Counted from the first letter of the stretch, positions 18,949 to 26,830 are shown. The stretch is 64,000 nucleotides of DNA from Tulanevirus 60ahydrpp (IMGVR_UViG_2974724359_000001:19795-83794); one strand, 5' to 3'. Notes: generated by a model not told the origin, from the letters alone. Program-made: numbers and translations.

Positions 18949-19193
18949 AACACAAGTCACAGGGCTCTAGATTCCTAGTCAGTTTCGCACCCCTGGTTGA
19001 TGCACTGTCCATTATTGCGCCGTGACTGGAGCCCGCGAGTTGGACAACCGTATTGTCTCCGGCACTTAGATGACCGGCTTTAACAAGAGAAATCGGGAGA
19101 CGTCCCGTAAAATCCTCGGACAGAACTTTAGTAGTCACTCCCGTCATTTTGCGCGGTGAAACGAGGAAGTATAGACGGGGTAACGAATTCAAT

Positions 19194-19271
19194 CCGTGTG
19201 TAGGCTAGTCAGGTTAGGTCGTCTGGTTTGGGGCCAGAAAGTCGAAGGTTCGAATCCTTCCACACGGACCA
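19194..19271 (+). tRNA. tRNA-Pro(TGG)
   Basis: acceptor ccgtgtg/cacacgg + A + CCA; tctgg-ttTGGgg-ccaga; GGTTCGAATCC. Confidence 0.7.
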
Positions 19272-19547
19272 AATTACGTAAGCGGATACTTGGTTGCAAA
19301 CAAGTCCGTAAAGTCGTCGAATGTGGTAACATCCTCTCCTGGCACTATCCCAGTGATGCGGTTATCCAGAACGGCGCAAACTGAAGAATTGAGTCACATC
19401 CGTAAGGCCCTGACTCCAATTCTTCAAACACTCTTGTTTATGTGGCGGTCGAGACATCCCCACGTTAAAAACTGAAATCTCGATGTCCCGAGCTGCAGCG
19501 TTAGGGAAGAGTGTTTGAAGAATTGAACTAATGAGAAGAAATATATT

Positions 19548-20099
19548 ATGCAGATGACATTAACAAGACAGCATCACGCAGGCGAAATGCAATCATTCAT
19601 CGACGGTTCAATGACTGAAATCGATGCGATTTATGGATATGCGGATTTTTTATTCGAACGTAAGAAGAAAAAGCGAGCATCGCCATATATCAGTAATACA
19701 ATTCCAGCAATTCAAGCTTTTGCAGAATCTTTTGAGCAATCGATTGCTAGTTACTGCAAATACGCTTTTGCTAATAATATACGCTGCAAATGTGGTTACT
19801 TTTATATTATTTCAAATCCATCTTTTCCCGAAATGTATAAACTAGGCTTTTCGTTGGATTGCGTTGACAGACTTAAACAATATCAAACATATTGTCCGGC
19901 ACGCGATTTTAAGTTGGAATTCTATCTTGCTGTATCTAACGCTCGTCAAGTTGAACGACTTGTTATGCATATTCTAGGAGAACGAATGCAAAATGAGTGG
20001 TTTAAATCCACTGATATACGCGGCGACTGGAAAATGTTAACAAAAGAAATTGCACTTAATACCCGTGAGAACAATCGTTTTTATTATAAGCCAATTTAG
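19548..20099 (+). CDS. T5orf172 / GIY-YIG-like domain protein
   Basis: 183 aa; GYFYIISNPSFPEMYKLGFSLDCVDRLKQY matches the T5orf172 signature (GyvYvlsNp...KIG.T); embedded in tRNA cluster; 3' end overlaps tRNA-Thr by 10 nt. Confidence 0.55.
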   Translation: MQMTLTRQHHAGEMQSFIDGSMTEIDAIYGYADFLFERKKKKRASPYISNTIPAIQAFAESFEQSIASYCKYAFANNIRCKCGYFYIISNPSFPEMYKLGFSLDCVDRLKQYQTYCPARDFKLEFYLAVSNARQVERLVMHILGERMQNEWFKSTDIRGDWKMLTKEIALNTRENNRFYYKPI

Positions 20100-20164
20100 C
20101 ACAGCGGTAGTGCAACGTACCTGTAATACGTAGGTCGTCAGTTCGAATCTGACAATTGGCTCCA
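20090..20164 (+). tRNA. tRNA-Thr(TGT) with C33
   Basis: acceptor gccaatt/aattggc + T + CCA; acgta-ccTGTaa-tacgt; GTTCGAATC. Confidence 0.6.
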
Positions 20165-20187
20165 AATTTTTAAATGAGGAAAATATT

Positions 20188-20373
20188 ATGTTATTTGCTT
20201 ATCAAGTTATTGCTGTTATCTTCTTTATTTGCTCTTTCTTGGGCGATTACAAGCGATATTCAGACTCCCCTTCCGAAATTGCGGGTAATTTGATTGGCTC
20301 TGTTTTTGCCGGTGCTTTGTGGCCATTGACGGTACTTATCCATATTTTTTGTATCTCAAAACTCAATCGCTAA
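20188..20373 (+). CDS. small membrane protein
   Basis: 61 aa, two hydrophobic helices, RBS gaggaaaatattATG. Confidence 0.5.
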   Translation: MLFAYQVIAVIFFICSFLGDYKRYSDSPSEIAGNLIGSVFAGALWPLTVLIHIFCISKLNR

Positions 20374-20530
20374 ATAAATACAAAGGAACGGACTTCTTCG
20401 GACCCGTTCGTTAAGTAAAAAAGGGAAGACCATCTAGATATGACGAGGACGTCGGTCTGTATCATATCTAGCTGGCCCTTGGCCTCCGACGAGGTTTTGT
20501 CTGGAAGTGGTGCGCCCAGATCGTTTCAAT

Positions 20531-20606
20531 ATGACATTGGTGTTAGCGGTAGCATGCCGGTCTCCAAAACCGTGCGGCCAGGGTTCGAATCCTTGATGTC
20601 ATGCCA
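20531..20606 (+). tRNA. tRNA-Trp(CCA)
   Basis: acceptor atgacat/atgtcat (A1-U72 as in E. coli tRNA-Trp) + G + CCA; loop ctCCAaa; GGTTCGAATCC. Confidence 0.7.
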
Positions 20607-20608
20607 AT

Positions 20609-20684
20609 AGTGGATTAGCTCAGTAGGTAGAGCACTCGACCGATAATCGAGAGTGCATTGGTTCGATCCCAATATCCACTACCA
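20609..20684 (+). tRNA. tRNA-Ile(GAT) with C33
   Basis: acceptor agtggat/atccact + A + CCA; ctcga-ccGATaa-tcgag; D-arm agctcagtaggtagagc. Confidence 0.7.
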
Positions 20685-20691
20685 AATTCTA

Positions 20692-20779
20692 GGAGAAGTG
20701 GATGAGCGGCTGAAATCGCTTCCCTGCTAAGGAAGTAAACCGAAAGGTTTCGAGAGTTCGAATCTCTCCTTCTCCGCCA
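20692..20779 (+). tRNA. tRNA-Ser(GCT)
   Basis: acceptor ggagaag/cttctcc + G + CCA; cttcc-ctGCTaa-ggaag; long variable arm; GTTCGAATC. Confidence 0.8.
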
Positions 20780-20787
20780 AATGCATC

Positions 20788-20829
20788 CTGAAGCATATTG
20801 TTTAAAACTTCCCAACAAGTGATATTATT
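20788..20829 (+). promoter_or_regulatory. tRNA-cluster promoter copy 3
   Basis: ctgaagcatattGTTTAAA-17-TATTAT. Confidence 0.5.
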
Positions 20830-20856
20830 AACTCATACCAAAACAGAGTTTAGAGC

Positions 20857-20929
20857 GGAGCCATAGTTTATTTGGTTAAAATAGTCCCCTGTCACGGGTC
20901 AGCACCGAGTTCGATCCTCGGTGGCTCCG
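20857..20929 (+). tRNA. tRNA-Asp(GTC), CCA not encoded
   Basis: acceptor ggagcca/tggctcc + G; gtccc-ctGTCac-gggtc (one mismatch); GAGTTCGATCCTC. Confidence 0.65.
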
Positions 20930-20942
20930 CTCTAAATTTTGA

Positions 20943-21016
20943 TGTTACGTAACTCAGTCGGTTAGAGTCTGGGCCATAACGCCCCGGAGACGTAGGTTCG
21001 AGTCCTACCGTAACAA
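20943..21016 (+). ncRNA. tRNA-like gene, anticodon arm irregular (loop cataacg, possibly CAT-derived)
   Basis: acceptor tgttacg/cgtaaca, D-arm actc/gagt, T-arm gtagg-ttcgagt-cctac; anticodon stem tgggc/gcccc with C-C mismatch. Confidence 0.4.
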
Positions 21017-21025
21017 CCTAATTGA

Positions 21026-21102
21026 TGCGATGTAGAGGAGAGGTCGTCCTCGTCGGGCTCATATCCCGAAAATCGGTGGTTCGAATCCACCCATCGCTTC
21101 CA
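21026..21102 (+). tRNA. tRNA-Met(CAT), initiator-like (unpaired 1-72, three G-C pairs in anticodon stem)
   Basis: acceptor tgcgatg/catcgct (T1-T72 mismatch) + T + CCA; tcggg-ctCATat-cccga; GGTTCGAATCC. Confidence 0.65.
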
Positions 21103-21304
21103 ATTTCAATCGCTTGTTGAACGTGGGAAAATAGCAAAATATGGGAAAGGGTCGCGAACCGGAACCTTAAAGTAGCTTTCTAAGTACTTGTTGTCTGGCA
21201 GTTCACACATACGTATATTTGTGATGGGTTCGAGACCCTAACAAGCGCCCGAATAACAACGCCAGTGACTAATCGAATGATCGTTACCGGCTTTTTCATC
21301 TGAC

Positions 21305-21379
21305 GGCCCTGTAGCTAGACGGTTCAAGCAGGCGGCTCATAACCGCTCGTAGTAGGTTCGATTCCTACCAGGGTCACCA
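21305..21379 (+). tRNA. tRNA-Met/Ile2(CAT), elongator type
   Basis: acceptor ggccctg/cagggtc + A + CCA; ggcgg-ctCATaa-ccgct; GGTTCGATTCC. Confidence 0.7.
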
Positions 21380-21383
21380 ATTT

Positions 21384-21461
21384 GGGTTCTTCGTTTAATG
21401 GGAAGACCGTAGGTTGCTTTGCATCCTGATGATGCTATTTCGATACTAGCAGAACCCACCA
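21384..21461 (+). ncRNA. degenerate tRNA-like element with CCA end
   Basis: acceptor gggttct/agaaccc + A + CCA and TTCGATA T-loop, but no convincing D-arm; anticodon arm aggtt-gcTTTgc-atcct. Confidence 0.3.
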
Positions 21462-21477
21462 ATTTGAGGAAAATACT

Positions 21478-21927
21478 ATGGATATCGGATCCGGCGCGTC
21501 TTGGCCATCATGTGCATTGAGTAATTTTGCTCCACATGAATTCGTTATCGATGGGATTAGATGTTCCTCAATGGAAGGATTCCTTCAGTCTCTCAAATTC
21601 AAATCGCCTGAAATGCAAGAATACGTTTGCACTCTGGTTGGTAAAGCCGCCAAATTTAAAGGCAAAAAGAAAAACTGGTGGAGAGATCAAACTCTGTACT
21701 GGAAAGGTAAACCGATGCGGCGGCAAAGCGATGCTTATTCTGATTTAATCTGCCGAGCATATGACGAAATTGCGAAGAATTCCGGATTTCAACGGGCAAT
21801 CCTAGCCACCCGGAATTCTTCGTTAACTCATTCAATGGGTAAAAGCAAAAAGAATGAAACAGTGTTAACTGAACAAGAATTTTGTTCAAATCTGTATCGT
21901 ATCCGAGATAAACTTCAAGCCGCTTAA
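21478..21927 (+). CDS. NADAR (YbiA-like) domain protein
   Basis: 149 aa; SNFAPHEF..DGIRCSSMEGFLQSLKF matches the NADAR/YbiA signature (SNF...DG...S.EH.fQA.KF). Confidence 0.6.
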   Translation: MDIGSGASWPSCALSNFAPHEFVIDGIRCSSMEGFLQSLKFKSPEMQEYVCTLVGKAAKFKGKKKNWWRDQTLYWKGKPMRRQSDAYSDLICRAYDEIAKNSGFQRAILATRNSSLTHSMGKSKKNETVLTEQEFCSNLYRIRDKLQAA

Positions 21928-21940
21928 TTGCGGCTTTTTA
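21917..21940 (+). terminator. rho-independent terminator
   Basis: aagccgcttaattgcggcttttta. Confidence 0.7.
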
Positions 21941-21947
21941 GTCAAAT

Positions 21948-22024
21948 GGTCTCTTAGCTCAGCTGGATAGAGCAGCGGCCTTCTAAGCCGCGGGTCATTG
22001 GTTCGAATCCAATAGGGACTGCCA
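21948..22024 (+). tRNA. tRNA-Arg(TCT)
   Basis: acceptor ggtctct/agggact (two G-U) + G + CCA; gcggc-ctTCTaa-gccgc; D-arm agctcagctggatagagc. Confidence 0.75.
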
Positions 22025-22041
22025 AAATTAAAGGTGATGTC

Positions 22042-22251
22042 ATGGCAATGATGCATGAAAAATCTCATGCTCGAGAGGGAAGGGGCAGCGGAAATGCCCG
22101 AAGCGAGAATTGGTATAATTCTCCATTGTGGAAAAACACCGGCCCAAATAAAAAACCCGGAGTAGTAAAAGAACAAATTCCCGAAGATCAATTAACTGAT
22201 GAACAGAAGCTTCGCAGGCGTCAACAGGAATTGCTCAGATCAATTTATTAA
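22042..22251 (+). CDS. hypothetical basic protein
   Basis: 69 aa ORF. Confidence 0.4.
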   Translation: MAMMHEKSHAREGRGSGNARSENWYNSPLWKNTGPNKKPGVVKEQIPEDQLTDEQKLRRRQQELLRSIY

Positions 22252-22261
22252 GGTAATTAAT

Positions 22262-22456
22262 ATGTCTCATTTACAACGCATGAAAGATGAGCTGAGTGAA
22301 TTGGGTGAACGATTGAATAAGCTCAACGATTTCATTAACATGTCTGATATTTACAAGACTCTTGATCCTGATGAGAAGTTTCTCATGGAACAACAGTATA
22401 TCGCGATGGACAGGTATTACGATATGCTAAAACGGCGAATTAAGCGTCAATCATAA
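22262..22456 (+). CDS. hypothetical coiled-coil protein
   Basis: 64 aa from ATG 22262 (in frame with longer ORF-track call 22199). Confidence 0.45.
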   Translation: MSHLQRMKDELSELGERLNKLNDFINMSDIYKTLDPDEKFLMEQQYIAMDRYYDMLKRRIKRQS

Positions 22457-22458
22457 TT

Positions 22459-22482
22459 AGGGCTCCTTCGGGAGCCCTTTTC
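22459..22482 (+). terminator. rho-independent terminator
   Basis: agggctccttcgggagcccttttcg. Confidence 0.8.
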
Positions 22483-22506
22483 GTATTCTCTCGATGAGGT
22501 TTCAAT

Positions 22507-22950
22507 ATGAACAAATATTTCGATTATAACTCTTTCTTCGTAAATGCAATGCGTGTTGTTTCGACCAATTACCCGCCGGGATGTGAGATGGAGGTATTGA
22601 AAGATCGATCAGATTTTTTAAAATCAAATAGAACAATATCTATAAACGTTGGCCGGCAAACTGGTAAAACAACTTCATTTATCAGGCTTGGTAACGAATT
22701 AAGCAATCATGCCAAAGTCGCAATGATAGTCATGAACACCGAAAATAAGAAAATGACCAAAAGTATGGGAGCTAAATTCGATATTCTGACTTTTGGTGAT
22801 ATTAAGAGACGATTGCAGATTCTAGATTTAGAAAAAATCCAATTTATCATAATTGACGAGAGCGAATTTATTCTCTTTGATGAGAACAGGGTGCATGATT
22901 TTTACAAATGGGCAAAATTAGTAAATGCCGAATTTATCCTAAAAACTTGA
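22507..22950 (+). CDS. P-loop NTPase, function unknown
   Basis: 147 aa; Walker A GRQTGKTT and hhhhDE Walker B (IIIDESE). Confidence 0.5.
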   Translation: MNKYFDYNSFFVNAMRVVSTNYPPGCEMEVLKDRSDFLKSNRTISINVGRQTGKTTSFIRLGNELSNHAKVAMIVMNTENKKMTKSMGAKFDILTFGDIKRRLQILDLEKIQFIIIDESEFILFDENRVHDFYKWAKLVNAEFILKT

Positions 22951-23024
22951 TGCAGCCTGTTAAATTGTTCAAGCTTGATGTTATTATTGCCATATCAAAT
23001 AAACACATGTTACAAGGATTAAAA

Positions 23025-23195
23025 ATGTCTAAAGCTACTCATACTATCGATTTCGGTTTTGGTAAAATCGTTGCACAGAAATCTGGCCATTATTTCAATG
23101 TCATTGAGAGTCATGACCCAATGATTCCCGCAAATACCAAATTTCCAGTGAATGATACTTTGACCCTGGAAGCAAAAGTAATCGAATTGGAATAA
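23025..23195 (+). CDS. hypothetical protein
   Basis: 56 aa from ATG 23025 with RBS aaggattaaaa. Confidence 0.4.
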   Translation: MSKATHTIDFGFGKIVAQKSGHYFNVIESHDPMIPANTKFPVNDTLTLEAKVIELE

Positions 23196-23216
23196 GCGAC
23201 AAAGTCGCTTATTTTC
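23194..23216 (+). terminator. rho-independent terminator
   Basis: aagcgacaaagtcgcttattttcg. Confidence 0.7.
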
Positions 23217-23219
23217 GCC

Positions 23220-23633
23220 ATGCTAAAAGACATAATGACTGAGCACTTCAATCGCGATAGTGCAGATGACCCAATCAAAGTTATTAAAACATCAGGCGTA
23301 ATTTATACGGCCAGTTTGATGCATAAATTATCTTACGATCAACTACCTGGAGGAGCGCTGATCGTAGCAGACAGAGATATTGCACTTGACATACGGTATG
23401 CATGCAATAAACCGAAAATGTTAGATACTTTGTCATTTTGTAAAGATAAAATGCATTTTGAACTTTTGCATAGGCCTCCAGTAATCATATTTGTAACTTC
23501 TACCAGTGTCGAGAGCATACGTGCAGCTTTATTTTCAAAGACTGGGTTTTCTAAATCTACTGAATTTACAGCGTATTATCTCGAACAATGTGACGGTTAT
23601 GTCCAAAAATTGAGAAATCTTATAGGATTTTAA
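23220..23633 (+). CDS. hypothetical protein
   Basis: 137 aa ORF. Confidence 0.5.
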   Translation: MLKDIMTEHFNRDSADDPIKVIKTSGVIYTASLMHKLSYDQLPGGALIVADRDIALDIRYACNKPKMLDTLSFCKDKMHFELLHRPPVIIFVTSTSVESIRAALFSKTGFSKSTEFTAYYLEQCDGYVQKLRNLIGF

Positions 23634-24632
23634 ATGTACGAACTTTACAAAACCCTTCCGATGTATCAAAGCCAAGAAGGTTGGATTATCAAATACCCTG
23701 AGTTTGCCAAATTGGCAGATGAGCAAATGCATGCTTTTTGGCCATGGGATGAACCAGTTGTTGATAATGATGCTCAAGATCTGCGCACCAAATTGACACC
23801 TGGTGAGTTGAATGGTATTACAACCGTTCTTAAACTGTTTACAATTTACGAACGCAAAGTCGGTGAAGATTATTGGTCAGCACGAATCGCTCGAACATTT
23901 GATCGCCCTGAAATCAATCGCATGGCAACTCTATTTGCTGCCGTAGAAGGTAACTCACATGCACCTTTTTACAATAAAGTTAATGAAGTTCTTTATCTGG
24001 ATGACGAAGCTTTCTACACTTCTTGGAAAGAAAGCGAAGAGTTATCTCGTCGCATTCAGTTTGTCGGTAAATCGGTATCCGACCCCGATGATGCCAAATC
24101 CTTTGCAGCTTTCACTTTCATTGAAGGCGCCGTACTTTATTCCAGCTTTGCATTCCTCAAACACTTCCAAGCCCAGGAATGTGGCAAAGACTTGATGCGA
24201 AATATTTGCCGCGGTGTTGACCTTTCAGTTGCAGATGAACATCACCACTCAATTGGTGGAGCAATGTTGTTCCAAACGCTTTGTCGCGAAATGAAAGAAA
24301 AATATGGCGAAGATGTTCGGGCAAAACTGAAAAATGACATTATCAACATGGCATATCAAGTGTTTGATCACGAGTCTGGCATCATTGATCTCGTTTTCGC
24401 CGAACCGATTGATGGTATAACTGCTGACGAGTTACGAGTTTTTGTTCAATCTCGCATTAATTTGTGTCTCGAAAACCTTGGCTATGAGCCCATTTTCGAA
24501 ATCGAAAATAACCCTATTGCAGATTGGTTCTATCGCACCATTAATGCCAAGAAATTCCACGATTTCTTCACTGGCTCAGGTTCGGAATACAACATCAATT
24601 GGAACCGTGAAGGTTTCTCTGATTGCTGGTAA
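23634..24632 (+). CDS. nrdB: ribonucleotide reductase class Ia beta subunit NrdB
   Basis: 332 aa; iron-ligand motifs (VADEHHHSIGGAMLFQ), FIEGAVLYSSFAFLKHF. Confidence 0.8.
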   Translation: MYELYKTLPMYQSQEGWIIKYPEFAKLADEQMHAFWPWDEPVVDNDAQDLRTKLTPGELNGITTVLKLFTIYERKVGEDYWSARIARTFDRPEINRMATLFAAVEGNSHAPFYNKVNEVLYLDDEAFYTSWKESEELSRRIQFVGKSVSDPDDAKSFAAFTFIEGAVLYSSFAFLKHFQAQECGKDLMRNICRGVDLSVADEHHHSIGGAMLFQTLCREMKEKYGEDVRAKLKNDIINMAYQVFDHESGIIDLVFAEPIDGITADELRVFVQSRINLCLENLGYEPIFEIENNPIADWFYRTINAKKFHDFFTGSGSEYNINWNREGFSDCW

Positions 24633-24684
24633 TACAATTCTGCCCTGGCAAACCAGGGCAATCTTTTCACATCAAGGTGCTTTA

Positions 24685-26397
24685 ATGTCTAAAATTTCTA
24701 AATTCGAATCTTTGTCAGCCGAACGCAAACATCTGCAATCAATTGGCGAAATGCCAGAGTGGTTCACTACTCAAGGCTATGCGATGTTCCTGAAAAATTA
24801 TCAGTACAAAGGAGAAACCGTTCGTGGTGCATTCCGACGAGTCGCTTCAACACTTGCAAAGCATGATATCCGGCCAGAAGCTGAAGAGCGCTATTTCGAC
24901 CTTCTCTGGTCCGGTAAGCTGGCGATGGCTACCCCAGTTTTCTGTAACACCGGCACAGATCGTGGAATGCCTGTTTCCTGCGCAGGAAGTTATGTTGGGG
25001 ACAGTGTCCTTGACTTCTACGAAGGCCAAACGGAAGTCGCAATGCTCGCTAAAAATGGTTTCGGAACTGCGTCATATCTTGGAGACATCCGGCCTCGTGG
25101 ATCCGATATCTCGACCAGTCACAACAAAGCAGACGGGCTCGTTCCTGTATTTGACAACTTCGTTAACACCAAAACAAAGGTTGCAGCTGCTGGCCGACGT
25201 GGTGAATGGGCCGGTTACGTTGACTTCTCGCATGGTGATTTCTGGGAACTTCAGGGGTATGTGCTGAAAAACCCAGCTTCTGCACACGTTGGTTGGGTAT
25301 TTGAGAAAGAAGATTACGAAAAGCTTCTGGCTCGCGATCCTGAATATATGGCACGCTGGAATGAACTGCTTTATATGCGTGCCCGCACTGGTAAGGGTTA
25401 TATGTGGAAGAACTGGATTGCTAACGATCTTGCTCCACAAGCAATCAAAAATTCAGGTATCCGTATTCGTTCAAGCCAGCTGTGCACCGAAATCGCATTG
25501 CCATCTGACGATATGCATACTTTTACCTGTATCCTGAGCTCATTGAATCTGGCTCGTTGGGATGAAATTAGTGCTGAAGATATCAAATGGGCTGTTCGTT
25601 TCCTTGATTCGGTATGCTCAGAATTCTTGGAAAAAGCGAAAAAACTCCCGTATGACACTCTTCATAAAGCTATCAGATTTACCGAAAAAGCACGTGCGCT
25701 AGGTCTTGGTACTTTGGGTTTCCATACCTATCTCCAAATGAACGACACCGCGTTCGAATCTGGCGCCGCCCACATTCTGAACAATAGCATTTATTCGCAA
25801 ATCAAGGTTTACGCAGAAGCTGCTTCTCGAGAATTAGCAGAAGAGCATGGTGAACCAGAATGGTGTGTTGGAACAGGTATGCGTAATGCTACTTTGATCA
25901 CTATTGCTCCAAATATGAGTTCTGCTCTATTGGCTGGCGGTGTATCTCAAGGTGTTGAGCCTCTCGTATGCAACAGCTTCATCCAACAGTCAAATGCCGG
26001 TGATTTTGTTCGCTCAAACCCAGTATTGGCTAAAGTATTGTCCGACCGTCTTTCTGATAAAGAAATCAAAGACCTCATGGAAAATATTGCCACCTATCAC
26101 AACGGTTCTGTTCAACATCTGGATATTTTGACAGACCATGAGAAAATGGTGTTCAAAACCGCTTACGAGATTGACCAACATGCAATCATACGTCTTGCTT
26201 CAGCTCGTCAACGACACATTGACCAAGCGCAATCAATCAATTTGTTCTTCGCTGCCGATGAAAAAGAATCAGTCGTTGCGTCTGTTCATAGAGCGTTTAT
26301 GGATGACCCTCGTTTGAAATCTCTGTACTATCTGCGTTCTGAGCGCGGTGTTAAGGCTTCAACTGGTGAATCAACCTGTTTGGCGTGCGAAGGATAA
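24685..26397 (+). CDS. nrdA: ribonucleotide reductase class I alpha subunit NrdA (compact, no ATP cone)
   Basis: 570 aa from ATG 24685 (ORF-track start 24442 would overlap nrdB); active-site SSQLCTEIALPS, C-terminal CLACEG. Confidence 0.8.
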   Translation: MSKISKFESLSAERKHLQSIGEMPEWFTTQGYAMFLKNYQYKGETVRGAFRRVASTLAKHDIRPEAEERYFDLLWSGKLAMATPVFCNTGTDRGMPVSCAGSYVGDSVLDFYEGQTEVAMLAKNGFGTASYLGDIRPRGSDISTSHNKADGLVPVFDNFVNTKTKVAAAGRRGEWAGYVDFSHGDFWELQGYVLKNPASAHVGWVFEKEDYEKLLARDPEYMARWNELLYMRARTGKGYMWKNWIANDLAPQAIKNSGIRIRSSQLCTEIALPSDDMHTFTCILSSLNLARWDEISAEDIKWAVRFLDSVCSEFLEKAKKLPYDTLHKAIRFTEKARALGLGTLGFHTYLQMNDTAFESGAAHILNNSIYSQIKVYAEAASRELAEEHGEPEWCVGTGMRNATLITIAPNMSSALLAGGVSQGVEPLVCNSFIQQSNAGDFVRSNPVLAKVLSDRLSDKEIKDLMENIATYHNGSVQHLDILTDHEKMVFKTAYEIDQHAIIRLASARQRHIDQAQSINLFFAADEKESVVASVHRAFMDDPRLKSLYYLRSERGVKASTGESTCLACEG

Positions 26398-26450
26398 TCC
26401 GTTTAAATCAATGACTTATGGGCCTTTCGAGGCCCAATAAGGAATCGACT

Positions 26451-26637
26451 TGATACAACTTCTAGTTTTATGCGCAATTTTTGTCTATGTCAATCCGCTT
26501 TTTGGATTTGGGTATATAATTGACGTATTACTTTCAACTGTGATTTCTTTCTTTGTTTTGGAAGGAATTGCTGCAATAGCTTATTATACAGGAAAAATAA
26601 ATGATCTATCTTTTCGGCGCTGACTGGTGTGCAAACT
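26451..26637 (+). CDS. possible small membrane peptide with TTG start
   Basis: AAGGA 7 nt upstream of TTG; 61 hydrophobic codons; overlaps start of glutaredoxin gene. Confidence 0.25.
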
Positions 26638-26828
26638 GCAAACTCGTAAAACCTATGCTTGCCAACGTTGACTATAAATATATTGATGTCGATTCTGATG
26701 AAGGCATAGCTCTAACAGCAAAATACGCAATTCGGGGTTTGCCTACAATGATTAATGTAGAAACAACCGATCGTTTTACGGGAGTTCCGAAAAACGTTGC
26801 GGAATTGAAGCAAAAAATGGGAATTTAA
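26601..26828 (+). CDS. glutaredoxin/thioredoxin-fold protein (NrdC-like)
   Basis: 75 aa, WCANC CxxC motif near N-terminus, adjacent to nrdA. Confidence 0.65.
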   Translation: MIYLFGADWCANCKLVKPMLANVDYKYIDVDSDEGIALTAKYAIRGLPTMINVETTDRFTGVPKNVAELKQKMGI

Positions 26829-26830
26829 CA

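Noticed and set aside
18911-19192. 93-aa minus-strand ORF across tRNA-Gly and the 245-nt spacer
   Set aside because: It overlaps a tRNA on the opposite strand and lacks RBS; the region is more likely non-coding RNA.
20615-20818. 67-aa minus-strand ORF
   Set aside because: It covers tRNA-Ile and tRNA-Ser(GCT) on the opposite strand; an artefact of tRNA sequence.
17040-22030. Possible CRISPR array, suggested by many short repeated hairpins
   Set aside because: Repeat units are tRNA T-arms and acceptor stems of differing sequence, not regularly spaced identical direct repeats; no cas genes. The three identical 40-nt elements are promoters in front of tRNAs.
24442-24684. Upstream extension of nrdA overlapping the last 190 nt of nrdB
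   Set aside because: The extension has no family similarity. The ATG at 24685 follows the nrdB stop and begins the recognisable NrdA sequence, so the 24442 start is just an open frame without a stop.
26418-26440. Hairpin tgggcctttcgaggccca after nrdA as a terminator
   Set aside because: Stable stem, but no following T-tract (ataagg), so an intrinsic terminator call is not supported. It may still be an RNA-stability hairpin.
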